From Chiloscyllium plagiosum (Eukaryota): a stretch of 57,707 nt of DNA. The position numbers and the translations under genes are program-made. The notes beneath the pieces are model-generated. The model worked only from the letters and a program-made list of their open reading frames with translations, was not told where the DNA came from and did not search any database. The stretch is from NCBI RefSeq assembly GCF_004010195.1, contig NC_057749.1, positions 6,501,327 to 6,559,033 of the forward strand. The letters run 5' to 3'. The first letter of the stretch is position 1, and every line of letters starts with the position of its first letter. Below are positions 12,145-25,023 of this stretch, piece after piece.

Positions 12145-12272
12145 GAGAAAGTGAGGACTGCAGATGTTGGAGATCAGAGTCAAGAGTGCGGTGTTGGAAA
12201 AGCACAGCAGGTCAGGCAGCTTCCGAGGAGCAGGAGAGTCAATGTTTCAGGCATAAGCCCTTCATTAGGAAT
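12145..12272 (-). mobile_element. Family-D Penelope-type element
   Basis: Reverse complement reads attcctaatgaagggcttatgcctgaaacattgactctcctgctcctcgg. Confidence 0.8.
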
Positions 12273-13046
12273 AAGGGACTCTGCAAAAGATTGCTTTGTA
12301 TTCCATGCCTCGGTTTGTGAAGCTCATGGTCTTGTGTGCCTTACTAACCACTTCTACAACCTGTCCCACCAGTGCAATTTGTACTGACATAGTTCATGAA
12401 TCATTTATCGAACATTTCTCCTAATTTCAATTTAACTTCTGGCCAAGAAACCTGCAAGTTAGAGTTTGCCACGATATTGTCTCACAATCCACAAACTGAC
12501 TTACCCTTAAACGTCATTTTCCGAGAGTTGTTTCTGCAGCATAGATGGGATTTGCACACGGGCAATCGCCAACATAACAGACTCCAAGGGAACTATCTGG
12601 GAAATTGAAGATTCTGTTCAACATTTCACTCCACCTGGAATTCTCCAAAAGAATCCCATTTCAGTCAGAGAAACTTCAGGGTAAGGATTCAGCTGACCCC
12701 TCGCAAAGTATCTCATCCACCCCCAACCATAATTCTCAAGATTCTCCAAACCCCCAGACCCTGACCTGACACACCCCACCCCCTCAGTTCCATGTCGGGC
12801 TGGTCATACTCTGCCATTGGTTTCAACTCCTCCTCTATGCCTGGGCCCTGGCACTCCACCCCTCTCCTCTACCTGAACACTCTTCCTCCACTGCCTGGGC
12901 AGGAAAGTTCTTATTTCCCTACCTTTCCCCCAGATCTGGAGCTGAATTGCTCCCTCCTTCCACCCCGATCACGTCTGGACTCAGCATCACCCTCATTCTG
13001 AACCCTACAGCGCTTTTCCAGCTAATGAACTATAAGATTGCCACTT

Positions 13047-13533
13047 ACAGAATCCCTACACTGTGGAAACAGGCCCTTTGGCCTAATGAGTGTACACCAC
13101 CCAGGCCCATTCCCCTACACTTAACCTCTGACTAACGCACCCAACCCATACATCCCTGAACATTGGAATGGAGAGTATTTGAAGCACCTGGAACTGCAGA
13201 GTCTCTACAGTGTGGAAGAAGGCTATTCAATGCATCAAGGCCACACTGACCTTCCAAGGACACTCCCAACCAAACCCCATCCCTGTAACACTTCATTTTT
13301 CTTAGCTAACTCACCTAACCCTCACATCCCTGGACATCAGGCAATTTAGCATGGCCAATCCACCTAACCTGCACATCTTTGGATTGTGGAAGAAACTGGA
13401 GCACCCGGAGGAAACCCATGAAGACACAGGGAGAATGTGCAAACTACACACAGACAGTCACCTGAGGCTGGAATCAACCCCGGGTCCCTGGTGCTGTGAG
13501 GCAGCAGTGCTAGCCACTGAGCCACCATGCCGC
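13047..13533 (-). mobile_element. HE1-type V-SINE with a second SINE tail fragment
   Basis: Full SINE at ~13198-13533 plus extra tail at ~13047-13160. Confidence 0.85.
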
Positions 13534-13756
13534 GCTGTGCCACCTCGCAAATTATTAAAATTTTAAAATTCTTTCTAACAGGAAAGGTGTTCTGTCAGTC
13601 ATTGGATGCAGGCTGCAGAGCTATGTTACTTTATCCCTAAACCTTGTTGCTTCTTCTGAGGATGGCTCCCATTCTACATCACGGAGATACATATTCATTT
13701 ACCCAGAACCTATGTACCAGCTTTTGGAAGGTAAAGGTCATTGGGAGAAAGACTCA

Positions 13757-14107
13757 TGTGGCAGCACAGTGGTTCAGTGGTTAGCACTGCTGCCTCATGG
13801 GACCTGGGTTCGATTCCAGCCTCGGGCAATTGTCTGTGTGGAGTTTGCACATATTCCCCGTGTCTGTGTGTATTACCTCTGGGTGTTCTGGTTTCCTCCC
13901 ACAGTCCAAAGGTGTGCAGGTTAAGGTGGATTGGCCACACTAAATTTTCTATGGTGTTCAGAGCTGTGTAGGTTAGGTGCATTAGTCAGGGGAAGATATA
14001 AGATAATAGGGTAGGGGGATGGTCTGGGTAAGTTACTCTTCAGAAGGTCGGTGTGGACTTGTCGGGCCAATGAGCCTATTTCTACAATGTAGGAATTCTA
14101 TTCTATA
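13757..14107 (+). mobile_element. HE1-type V-SINE (parental copy A)
   Basis: Complete head, V-domain and tail. Confidence 0.92.
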
Positions 14108-16023
14108 AAGTACATGAGGCAGCCCATTAATGTTCATGGAAGATCTTTGAAAGCATGTTCATTTAGACCCAGGCTGTTCAGACAAAAGCATTGATAGTGA
14201 AGATGGTCAAAAAGTTGGACTTGAGGAACGCAGGTATCTCAGAGTAGTAGGATGGGTTAAGATTGCAGATTAAGGAGTGGTCACAACCTTGAAGGGATGG
14301 GCAAACAAGGATGGGACGGGTTGTTATTGAGCTGACAACTGGTGTGGGCCAGCAAGTACAGGGCTGATGGATGTGTCGCATTTGGTAATGTTTAGGACAG
14401 TAACAGATGGGCCAGGAAGCAGAAGGAAGTGATTAATATGGTTGACAGAAGAACCAGAGGTGACATGAGGCAGCATTGTTTCAGATCAGTCAATCTTGCT
14501 CCAGAACACATCGCTTGAAAGCGTGATAGATGCACATCCAGTTGCAACATTCAAAAGGGAGATTGCCAAGTATTTGGAGGAACATAAATTACAGGTAATG
14601 AGGAGTGGCATTAATTATGATACTCTCCGAAGAGCAGATCTTGGAACGATGGGATGAATAGCATCCTTCTGCATTTTAACACTTTAATGTAGGACAACTT
14701 ACATAATACAGAGAAAAAAAAAATCACAAACCATTCATCAATTTGGCAGCCTGTGATCAAAATATAAGCAAAACTAGGGAAGAGAAAGGATCTGATCGTG
14801 ATAGGGAAATTGGAAGAAGAGATTTGTCTCAGTGGTTAGCACTGCTGCCTCTCAGCACCAGGGTCCCAGGTTCAATTCCAGCCTCAGGCTACTGTCTGTG
14901 TGGAGTTTGCACATTCTCCCCGTGTCTGCGTGGGTTTCTTCCAGGCTCTCTGGTTTCCTCCCACAGTCCAAAGGTGTGCAGGTTAAGGTGGATTGGCCAC
15001 ACTAAATTTTCTATGGTGTTCAGAGCTGTGTAGGTTAGGTGCATTAGTCAGGGGAAGATATAAGATAATAGGGTAGGGGGATGGTCTGGGTAAGTTACTC
15101 TTCAGAAGGTTGGTGTGGACTTGTCGGGCCAATGAGCCTATTTCTACAATGTAGGAATTCTATTCTATAAAGTACATGAGGCAGCCCATTAATGTTCATG
15201 GAAGATCTTTGAAAGCATGTTCATTTAGACCCAGGCTGTTCAGACAAAAGCATTGATAGTGAAGATGGTCAAAAAGTTGGACTTGAGGAACGCAGGTATC
15301 TCAGAGTAGTAGGATGGGTTAAGATTGCAGATTAAGGAGTGGTCACAACCTTGAAGGGATGGGCAAACAAGGATGGGACGGGTTGTTATTGAGCTGACAA
15401 CTGGTGTGGGCCAGCAAGTACAGGGCTGATGGATGTGTCGCATTTGGTAATGTTTAGGACAGTAGCAGATGGGCCAGGAAGCAGAAGGAAGTGATTAATA
15501 TGGTTGACAGAAGAACCAGAGGTGACATGAGGCAGCATTGTTTCAGATCAGTCAATCTTGCTCCAGAACACATCGCTTGAAAGCGTGATAGATGCACATC
15601 CAGTTGCAACATTCAAAAGGGAGATTGCCAAGTATTTGGAGGAACATAAATTACAGGTAATGAGGAGTGGCATTAATTATGATACTCTCCGAAGAGCGAT
15701 GGGATGAATAGCATCCTTCTGCATTTTAACACTTTAATGTAGGACAACTTACATAATACAGAGAAAAAAAAAATCACAAACCATTCATCAATTTGGCAGC
15801 CTGTGATCAAAATATAAGCAAAACTAGGGAAGAGAAAGGATCTGATCGTGATAGGGAAATTGGAAGAAGAGATTTGTCTCAGTGGTTAGCACTGCTGCCT
15901 CTCAGCACCAGGGTCCCAGGTTCAATTCCAGCCTCAGGCTACTGTCTGTGTGGAGTTTGCACATTCTCCCCGTGTCTGCGTGGGTTTCTTCCAGGCTCTC
16001 TGGTTTCCTCCCACAGTCCAAAG
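13887..16023 (+). repeat. Tandem duplication with units of 1062 and 1050 bp
   Basis: 13887-14948 is repeated at 14949-15998; copies differ by a 12-bp indel and at least 2 substitutions. Confidence 0.97.
14826..15170 (+). mobile_element. Chimeric HE1 SINE at the duplication junction
   Basis: 5' half matches copy B (15876-16023); 3' half matches copy A. Confidence 0.92.
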
Positions 16024-16155
16024 ATGTGCAGGTTAGGTAAATTGGCCATGCTAAATTGCCCATGGTGTTAGGTGCATGAGTCAGAGGGAAATGGGACTGG
16101 GTGGGTTACTCTGCGGAGGGTTGGTGTGGAAACAGACTAAGGGCCTGTTTCCGCG
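15876..16155 (+). mobile_element. HE1-type V-SINE (parental copy B)
   Basis: Head, V-domain and aatctaatctaa tail. Confidence 0.92.
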
Positions 16156-18524
16156 CTATAGGGAATCTAATCTAATTAAACCCGATGTGAGGGAAGTTTA
16201 AGGCATGCAGGAGTACTCCTGGTACACAAATAATCCCACAATATAACATTAGCATGGAGCTTCCGAGAGCTCGTTATTTGACATATTTACAGTAGTTCGA
16301 TTTCTCTTTTCTCATTCACCACGCTTAGCTTTAACAAATCATGCCTGGCTGAGCAGTCAACAGTGAAAGTAAAATCACATAATTGTACACTGAACGATTG
16401 ACCAATATAGTAACTGGACTGGACCCTGAGGAGTTTTGTGAAAAGGCTTGTTCCCCCCACCTCACCCCACAAAACCCCCGCCCTTTTCACAAGTAGCTGG
16501 AATAAGGTGCCAGGCCTTTTCTGATCTCTAGGTACAGCCCCGCCTGCCCCCACCCCCCCGCCCCACCCCCCCACCCCCACCCCTGACATTCAGCAAGCTC
16601 AATTAATAATATATTTACCCACCAGTCAGGAAGGTTACCAGTTGAAAGGAGCCATTGTAGCTTTCCTTGGCCAATGGTCTTCCAGGAGCTAAAGTGTGAC
16701 AATTCCTGTTTGCTGCACAAGAACTACAACTTGCTTTAATTCATGTTCCTCCTCTCTCTACTCCAGTCCACAATTCCCAAGTGAATCTCAGAAAGAAAGT
16801 CAAATTTACAGTCTGGCCAGAGCGCCAACACATGCTTAAAGAGATGTGCTTCATGTTGTGGACTCCTGGCCTAATGTGCTTTTCCTTTGGCTTATTTCTG
16901 CTTTTCTAACCTTCACTTGCTGGCTTTAACCATCAGAGGTGCCTCAGTGGGTAGCGTTCTCACCTCTGGAATAAACGGTTGTGTGTTCACTTTCCACTTC
17001 AGGAAGTTTTGTGAACAAATTCAGGAAGGTGTTTGGAGCTCGATTTGCCAAATTTCGATCCAGAGAGTGAGACTGAGCTTTGAAGGAGTTGTAAAGTGAA
17101 TGGTAGTGGATTAGCTATTAACTACACATGCTAGCAATGTTGCCTTCAATCATTTCAGACCTCTGCCAACACATGGATGGGGAGCTCAGTTGGCCAAACT
17201 CACCTCCAATCTCTACCAGCATCATGCCCAAGACAGAAAAACGTGAAACCAATGTAGGAGAATGTAGCTGTTGGATACCATACTCTGTATACTCACAGAC
17301 AAGTAGAAGAAAGAGCAGAACTGCTCATTACAGAGTCTAGCCAGCATTTGGACAAATGGAAAAGGTCATATGAAAAATGTTGTAAAAACAGTGAAATAGA
17401 AATGAAAGGATTAACTACGAGGGCAGGCTTTGACATTCTCATCTTGTCTTTGAGTGAACGACACATTTATTCACATCGAGGTGAAATGTTAAAAGTTTCT
17501 GTTGTATTTGCATACTAAATTCTGGTTGGAGGAAGGATTTAGCTAAAATATATATTGAATTCTGTCTCTAAAAACAACCAAGGCATTTCTGCATGCACAC
17601 AAAAGAGGTTGTGATAATTTTAAAGAGACTGAAATAGACATCTCAAAGATTGCACATCACTGGTCTAATAGAATCTAGTCTGCTTGCATTGGGTGATATC
17701 ATAAATCATGAACTCCAAGATTAAAGTCTCTGCTATTTCATTATTCTCAGTACATGCTTCAACTAATGTGGGTGTTTTGCTCAGTGTTGGGGCCTATTTG
17801 TTGTGGTAGCAGCTCTTGTCATCAACGGTGCTGTTTCCACGGCCTGTCATTGACTTGTGATGTTGACACAGCAGGTTTAGTGCCTGCTGTGTTATTATGG
17901 GTCACACTTGCAGGAGTAATCTTCAACTGATTCCTCAGGAAAATTCACTCTCAGGAAAATTAGTGGGTACCCATGGGACAATCTCATTGGTCAGATAGCC
18001 ATGAGACGTTTCCACACCTTCCCGAGATTTTGAATCCATCTCACTGGCCAGCCAGTGAATAAGGGAGAAAAACAGAAAATAGAGGGCTGTGTTAAATCAA
18101 TGCTTATTATAATTACCCAGTTCTTCCTTGAGATTTCTCCTGTGCCTGTCTGATGCTTTATAATAAAAAAAATCTATGAAGGTCAATATTTTTATGAAGA
18201 ACTTGCACCTCACAGAAAGGGTTTTGGTTCAATCTATAGCCAACAGCCTGCTGTGAAAACTCTGCATGCATTTTGACAGCTATGACAATCCACAACTGTA
18301 TAAAACAGCCAGAATTCTAAATAAACCAGGCCAAACCATTGAGCGAAGAAGGCAGTTTGTCATATCTCCCAAAATTAATGGAACCTTTCAAAAGAAGTCA
18401 AGGATTTGCATCTGAATCCACATTTTCATCAAAAAGGAGTCAGCTCTTCCTTGGGTGATGCCTATCTACATATTAAATTTAGTTGGAATTTGACTATTTC
18501 TTATTTAGATATACTGTTTGTAGT

Positions 18525-18735
18525 GGATTGGCTGGATGGTCCATTTACAATGCAGAGTGACAACAATGGCATGGGTTCAATTCCAACAATGGCTGAGGTT
18601 ACCATGAAAGGACTATCTTCTCAACCTCTCCCCTTGAGTGAGGAGTTGTCACCCTCAGGTTTATCCCCACAACTCATTTCTTTTTAATATGAGAGCAGCC
18701 CTATCATCCTGTTAGATTTTGGTGACTACATTTTT
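18525..18735 (+). mobile_element. Short tRNA-derived SINE, family C
   Basis: gggttcaattcc...ctgaggttaccatgaa...caccctcaggtt; related copies at ~19740-19870 (-), ~34118-34275 (+), ~52605-53250 (-, split) and ~55700-55890 (-). Confidence 0.7.
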
Positions 18736-18924
18736 TTTACTTATATAGTTCATAATCAGAGAGAAGCAGAACAACAAGCAATAGTGAAGGACTTATCTCT
18801 GCACACCTTCAATGGTGGAGGCAATAATGATTATACATCCACTTGAGATGTGCCATTGCCCAGCAATAACCATAACAGCATCAAGCAACCACTGGGTTTC
18901 ATGAACAACACTCTCATGTAAAAC

Positions 18925-19325
18925 CAGTAACATAGGAACAGGAATAGGCCAATCAGCCCTTGAATCCTTTCCACTGTTCAATGAGACCATGGCTGATCTA
19001 TGGCCTAACTCTATCCACCTGCAGGGTGGCCTATATCCCTTAATACCTTCACTAAACAAAAAGAAAACTACATCAGATTTAAAACAACAACTGGTCTTGC
19101 ATCAGCTGCCATTTGTGGAAGAGAGTTCCAAATTTCTGCCACCCTTTGCCTGCAGATGTGCTTCTTAATAACTCCCCTGAATAGTCTGGCCCTAATTTTC
19201 AGTTTATGTCCCCTAGTTTTAGAATCTCCAGTGGATATAGTTAATCTTCATCTACACTGTCTTTTCCTGTTATTACCTTGAAGACTTTGATCAGATTATC
19301 CTTTAACCTCCTAAATTATAGAGAA
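18925..19325 (-). mobile_element. CR1 3' fragment
   Basis: Tail aacataggaacaggaataggcc and ggaagagagttccaaatt motif. Confidence 0.8.
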
Positions 19326-19352
19326 AAGTTCCAGATAAAGATTATTAAAAAG

Positions 19353-19638
19353 TGAGCTTGGAAAAGATTCATAGCTCAGGTTAAGATTTTGTATGTAGAT
19401 TTGCTCGCTGAGCTGGAAGGTTCATTTTCATACGTTTCATCACTATACTAGGTAACATCCTCAGTGAGCCTCTGAATGAAGCCCTGGTTATGTAGCCCAC
19501 TTTCTACTTATATGCTTGAGTTTCTTGGGTTGGTGATGTCATTTCCTGCGTAACATCATTTCCTCTGTTACCTCGTATGGTGACGAAAATGTCTGAAAAC
19601 GCACCTTCCAGCTCAGCGAGTAAACCTACATCCAGAAC
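19353..19638 (-). mobile_element. Penelope-like pLTR with inverted partial copy
   Basis: 19566-19638 is an inverted copy of ~19387-19457; TSD tattaaaaag at 19343-19352 and 19639-19648; same family as 8141-9024. Confidence 0.8.
19429..19466 (-). ncRNA. Minimal hammerhead ribozyme motif
   Basis: Minus strand CA-CTGAGGA-T-GTTAC-CTAGTATA-GTGAT-GAAA-CGTA-TG; intact core, GUA triplet, stem I only 2 bp. Confidence 0.6.
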
Positions 19639-20074
19639 TATTAAAAAGGACAGGGATTCAGAAAGTTAATTGCACAATTATTTCTTAATAATCATTGACT
19701 GTCGGGTTCAGTCTGTGGAAACAAACCATTTAAGTGAAAATAAGTAGTCACCAAGTTCTTAGAGAATCCTCTCCCATTAAAGAGAGAAGAGTTATGGGGT
19801 TTAAACTGAGTGTCGCCACTCCTCAGTTCAGGGGAGAGATTGGAGAAGGTGATGCTTTCCTGGTCACCTCAACATTCCACTTGCCATTTCTCTAATAACT
19901 GAGTGCTGACTGTATAACACTGTCAAGGCATCTTTGGTATGCTGGGTCAAATCATATTTTATTCTGTATTTCGAATGTACTCAGGTGGAATATATGCTGA
20001 AGAGCCATTCTGTTATTTCCTTCATTACAAAGTATTTACTCAGGAACAAGCCATTCCACCCAACAACTCTATGC

Positions 20075-21075
20075 TGGTCATAGAGTCCTACAAAACTACA
20101 GGCCCTTTGGCCCAAACTGGTAAATGCTAACCTCATTTCCCTGCACTTGGCCTATATCCTTCTAATCCTTTCCTATCCATGTATTTGTCCAAATGCCTTT
20201 TAAATGTTGTTAATGTCCCCGCCTCAATCATTTCTGCTGGCAGCTCATTCCACATGCGTACCACCCTCTGTGTAAAAAAAGCTCTTTGTGTTTATGCTTC
20301 ACATAAACTTACCCCCATCCTTTCTCATCCAACTGGTCAATCCAATATTGGTCAATCCCTTCCTCTCTTACATACATATTCAGCTTATCTTCAGTACATC
20401 TATACTGCACATCTCAATGACACCTTATGTTTGCAAGCTCTCCATTACTTGATAATAAAAGACAATCCAGAATTCCCTATTGTATTTATTCATGACTATT
20501 ATAGATTGAAGGACTCTATAGAGTTATCGAGTCGTACAGCACAGAAACAGACCCTTCGTCCATGCTGACCAGATATCCTAAATTAATCTAGCCCCACTTG
20601 CCAGCACTTGGTCATATCTCTTTAAACCCATCCAGATACCTTTTAAATGCTGTCATTATAACAGCTTCCACCACTTCGTCTGGCAGCACATTTCATACAT
20701 GCACCACCCTCTGCCCCTCAGGTCCCTTTTAAATCTTCCCTCTCTCACCTTAAAGCTTTGCACTCCAGTTTCAGATTCCCTCACCCAGGGAAAAAGACCT
20801 TGTCTATTCACCTTATCCAGGTCCCTCATGATTTGTAAACACCTTTAAGGTCATTCCTCAGCCTCCAACACTATGGGGAAATTAGCCCCAACTAATTTAG
20901 CTTTTCCCTATAGCTCAAGCCCAGCAACATCTTTGTGAATCTTTTCTGAATCCTTTCAAGTTTAACAACATCCTTCCTGTAGCAGGGAGACCAGAATTGA
21001 GCGCAGTACTCCAAAAGCGGCCTAACCAATACCCCGTACAGTCACAAAATGACCTCTCAACTCTTATACTCGATG
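20075..21075 (-). mobile_element. Two CR1 (HER1-like) 3' fragments at ~20075-20280 and ~20515-21075
   Basis: catagagtc tails; ggcagctcattcc...accaccctctg; accagaattgagcgcagtactcc. Confidence 0.85.
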
Positions 21076-21239
21076 ACTAATTATGTCCCAATTTCAACAC
21101 ATTTATTTTGTTCTGGTAAATTTAATTTAGTTATTAATTAATAATTAACAAATTTTAATTAAACAAACTTAAGTTTGAATTTATAATGTAAAATTTAGGC
21201 AAAACAAATCTCCAAGAAAACATAACATTTGACTTGATA

Positions 21240-21412
21240 AAAACTGAAAGAACTGCAGATGCTGTAAATCAGAAGCAGGGTTCTGAGGAAGGTTCACTGG
21301 ATCTGAAACATTAACTTTGATTTCTCTTCACAGATGCTGTCAGACTTGCTGAGTTTCCCCAGAAACTTCCTGTTTTCATTTGTTTCAGATTTCCAGCATC
21401 TGGATTTCTTAT
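21240..21412 (+). mobile_element. Short Penelope-type element (family E) with hammerhead motif and short inverted ends
   Basis: AGGGTT-CTGAGGA-AGGTTCACTGGATCT-GAAA-CATT-AACTTT at 21277-21318; cagatgctg...cagcatctg inversion. Confidence 0.7.
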
Positions 21413-21421
21413 TTTTTTTAT

Positions 21422-22120
21422 TCACTTGTAGGACCTGGATGTCACTGGCTGGGCCAGCATTTATTGCCCATCCCTAGTTGCCCCTTGAGAAGGTGGAAAT
21501 GAGGAAGCCTTCTTGAACCATTGCGTTTCCTCTGCACAATGCCCCTAGGGTGGGTAATCCAGGATTTTGATCCAGCAACTGTGACGGAATGGCAAAATGT
21601 TTCCAAGTCAGGATGGTAAGTGGCTTGGAGGGGAACTTCCAGTTGGTGGTGTTCCCATGTATCTGCTATCCTTGTCCTTATAGATGGAAGAGGTTGTGGG
21701 TTTTGAAGGTGCTGTCTAAGAATCTTTGGTGAATTTCTGCAGTGCACACCGCTGCTACTGAGTTCCATTGGTGGAGGAGCTAGATGCTTTTGGATACAGT
21801 GCCAATCAAGTGGAATGCTTTGTCCTGGATGGTGTCGAGCATCTTGAGTCTTGTTGAAGCTGCACCCATCCAGGCAAAGTGGGAATATTCCATCACAGTC
21901 CTGACTTGTGCCTTGTAAATGGTGGACAGACTTTGGGGAATTGGGAGGTGAGTTACTTACTGTAGAATTCCTAGCCTCTAACCTGCTCTTGTAGCCATTG
22001 TATTTGTATGGTGAGTCCAGTGTGTTTCCAATCAATAGTAACCCAAGGGTAGTGGGGATTCAGTGATTGCAATGCCATTAAAGGCGAAGGGGTGGTGTTT
22101 AGATTATCTTTTATTGGAGA
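21422..22120 (-). mobile_element. Second LINE family (CR1/L2 group), 3' end
   Basis: Minus strand encodes a YKAQVRTVMEYS-like RT C-terminus; tail gggatgggcaataaatgctggcccagccagtgac. Confidence 0.75.
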
Positions 22121-22594
22121 TGACTTTCCCAACATTGTTTTATTCAGTGCTTAGCAATTGCTTAGTCATGGAAACCTTGTATAAATTGTTAAATTGCTGG
22201 TAAATTTTAACTCCAGGTCAGGGATGTTGTCCCAATGTCAAGTAACTTTGAAGGAAAAATAGAATTTTAAACAAAACTTTGCTCCTGCAGTGAAACTGGT
22301 GATATATACTATTGGCAGGCAGACATTGGGAAACATTGTTGAAGGTTAGAGTCTGTGGTGCCAAACACCAATACCTTTGTTGAAGGAGACAAGATGAAAA
22401 CAATTGTTGTTCAGATGATACCAATCTTGTTTTCTTTTCAAGTCAGTCTATTGTAGGACCTAATGCATTCTGAGAAAGTTTAGGACCTCTGCAACTCTCA
22501 GTTCACAGAAAATGAGCGTGTACATGTTGGGGTCTTAAATGAACATGATGAGAATGGAGAGCATTAAAAATTATGCATTTACAGTTGAGAGGAA

Positions 22595-23305
22595 AGAAGA
22601 CAATAAGACTTGCAATCTTTCACATTGCAATATTTCACAAACTTAAGGACATCTCAAAGTATTTTCCAGCTAATTAGGTACTATCGACATGCAAGCCTAC
22701 CAGTCAACTTGCTCATAGCAAGCAGCAATGATAACCAGATAATGATATTTCCATATTGTTCCCAATACTACTGGGAGAACTCTCCCAGTTATATGGGTGG
22801 CTGGTTTAACGGCTCAATCAACTGTGCAGCAGTCCCTCAGTACTGCACTAAAGTGTCAGCCCAGTTGTTACTTCACAAGTTTTTCAGGCGCCAGGGTGGC
22901 TCAGTAGCTGGCGCTGCTGCCTCACAGTGCCAGGGACCCGGGTTCAATTCCAGCCTCGGGTGACTATCTGTGTGAGGTTGGCACATGCCCCCCCGTGTTT
23001 GCATAGGTTTTCCCAAGGTGCTCTGGTTTCCTCCAACAATCCAAAGATGTGCAAATTCGGTGAATTGGCCATGCTAAATTGTCTATAGTGTTCAGGGATG
23101 TTACAGGTTAGGTTCATCAATCAAAGGTAAATGTAGAGTAATAGAGGAATGGGTCTGGGTGGATTACTCTTCGGAGGATCGGTGTGGACTTGCTGGGCTG
23201 AAGGGCCTGTTTCCACCCTACAGGGATTCTATCATTCTAAGTCTTGTAGAGTGGGCCTTGAACTCACAGTCCTCTAACTCAGGGGTGACTGTGGCACTGA
23301 GCCAG
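22595..23305 (-). mobile_element. DeuSINE relic interrupted by an HE1 SINE (22886-23240, +)
   Basis: gtgcagcagtccctcagtactgcactaaagtgtcagc before the HE1; head remnant ccttgaactcacagtcctctaactcag after it. Confidence 0.65.
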
Positions 23306-23850
23306 ACAGAAAAGTCTATGGAAGCAACAATGATAATTTTAAATGTGAGAGTTAAAAACAGAGGATTGAAACTTGGCCTTCAAAAAAAAGGTGGTTACAG
23401 ATAAGAATTCCTTTTGAAATGACAATATTTTGCAGCAGATATTAAACCAAGGAGGACGGCATAAATTTCCTGGAGAAGTGGTAATCCTCAAAAGTACATT
23501 AGTCAGAGTTTTAATGACACAGGTCTTTTATATTTCAGTGATTAAAACTATTAAGTCAAACTACACAAGCAGCCATTTCGATCGGAGGGTCACTTTATGA
23601 GGAGTTGAAAGTGATTACATTCCACACAGTTTTTCTTATCCTTTTGTTAAGCACTGCCCATGAGACATTTATTCCATGAACAATTTTCAAACAAGATATA
23701 ATTTAGATGATATAACAGAGCTGTTACAAGAATAAGATGGCATTCCCTGCAGACTATAAATTGGGTGCAAAACAGAATGGAGCTTAAACGATTTAGCACA
23801 GAGCAATCTGGAAAAAAATGTTATCTCCTGACTGTTGCCTTGCCATTCTC

Positions 23851-23960
23851 TATATAAGGTTGGGGTTTGGTAGGTCATTCAGCTGGGAGTCATGTGATTC
23901 ACTCGGCACAGAGCATGCCTGTAGCCAACAGTACTGCTCAGAGTACAGCTAAATACAAAA
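23851..23960 (+). promoter_or_regulatory. Candidate promoter with MITF/TFE M-box
   Basis: AGTCATGTGA at 23888-23897; TATATAAG at 23851; p53-type half site GAGCATGCCT at 23911-23920; lies in ~2 kb of repeat-free DNA. Confidence 0.5.
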
Positions 23961-23974
23961 GCTGGCAGAACACG

Positions 23975-24090
23975 GAGCTTCAGATTCATCCCTGACTGCT
24001 TTCTCGGTTTTTCTCTGCTTTTCCTGCATCTCTCCTGTCACAGCGACACAGCCAGGATCTTGGAAAGGGAAACCGACATCCCTGGCCACT
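23975..24090 (+). other. Candidate non-coding first exon (start approximate)
   Basis: Consensus donor cact|GTAAGT at 24091; no ATG; downstream of the promoter motifs. Confidence 0.5.
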
Positions 24091-24956
24091 GTAAGTAGCT
24101 ATTGTTACTTCTCCATGTCAGTAGGGGCTCCTTTAATCAAACAAAAAAAAACAGCTAGACACTGTTGTTGAATAGCAGCATTAAACCCATCTACCAGACT
24201 GATCGGAGTAAAAAGCTTCCCCACCCATTTCTTCCCTTTGATAGAGTCCAAATGTCTGTCAATACTGACTGCCTATTCATTAAAAATAATTGATTTTCTC
24301 TAAGGTGTTGAGTTGGGGGATATTGTTCCTAGTGTCTCAATTCATCCAAGCCTATCCTTGTTAGTCAATCAGTTTGTTCTCAGCTCAGAAGGGCTGACAT
24401 ACCGCACAGATCTGCCGCCTCTCAATACTTGCATTCCTTTATCTTTCTCCGACTGGGTAGCTACTGGGCCTGTGGTCTCCTGTCAGCTCGGAGGGAGAAA
24501 GATATAGGGGGAAGTAAGTGTGATGGGAGAACCTGGCCTTGCACTTAGTTTTGAATTATTACTAAAATGGCACAGATGCAAAGTCATAATTTATTCAATT
24601 CCATCATGCAATAGGGGAGGGCAAAAGAGGGGCATGTTGTGTTTTTCCTGCCTCAATTTTGTTAGCTGTGCTGATCCATTGTTGTCACAAGACTTGCAAT
24701 TTCCTCTGCAATTACTTTCATTTGATTTTGGCTGTTGGGTTTGCAGGCCCAGTTTTTAATCCTCAGTGACGGCTGTGTTTTGCTTCATTGTGTGGACTTA
24801 AAAGCGTTTTCGATGGACTTGGTTATTAATCCCAAAATTTTCAAAAAAAATCTGAAGCAAGAGAATGACGGAAATTTGCCCAGGCCATATCGATTCCGTG
24901 TCTGTGGTAAAATAGCGTAATTTCGTCTGATTGTTGTTTTTTTTTGTGCAGTCAGG

Positions 24957-25023
24957 ATGGCTCTCCCATCAATACCTACACTCCAGGGTCATCATTCTTT
25001 CTCACAGGACCATCCGATATGTG
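24957..25023 (+). CDS. Candidate first coding exon (exon from 24952): MALPSIPTLQGHHSFSQDHPIC plus a phase-1 G
   Basis: Branch-like CTGAT at 24927, poly-T tract, gcag acceptor at 24951, Kozak aggATGG; donor gtg|GTACTT is weak. Confidence 0.45.

Noticed and set aside
16537..16585. C-rich tract with G-quadruplex potential on the - strand
   Set aside because: Simple low-complexity sequence with no evidence of function
17866..17892. 10-bp perfect hairpin acacagcagg/cctgctgtgt
   Set aside because: Too short for a pre-miRNA and without supporting context
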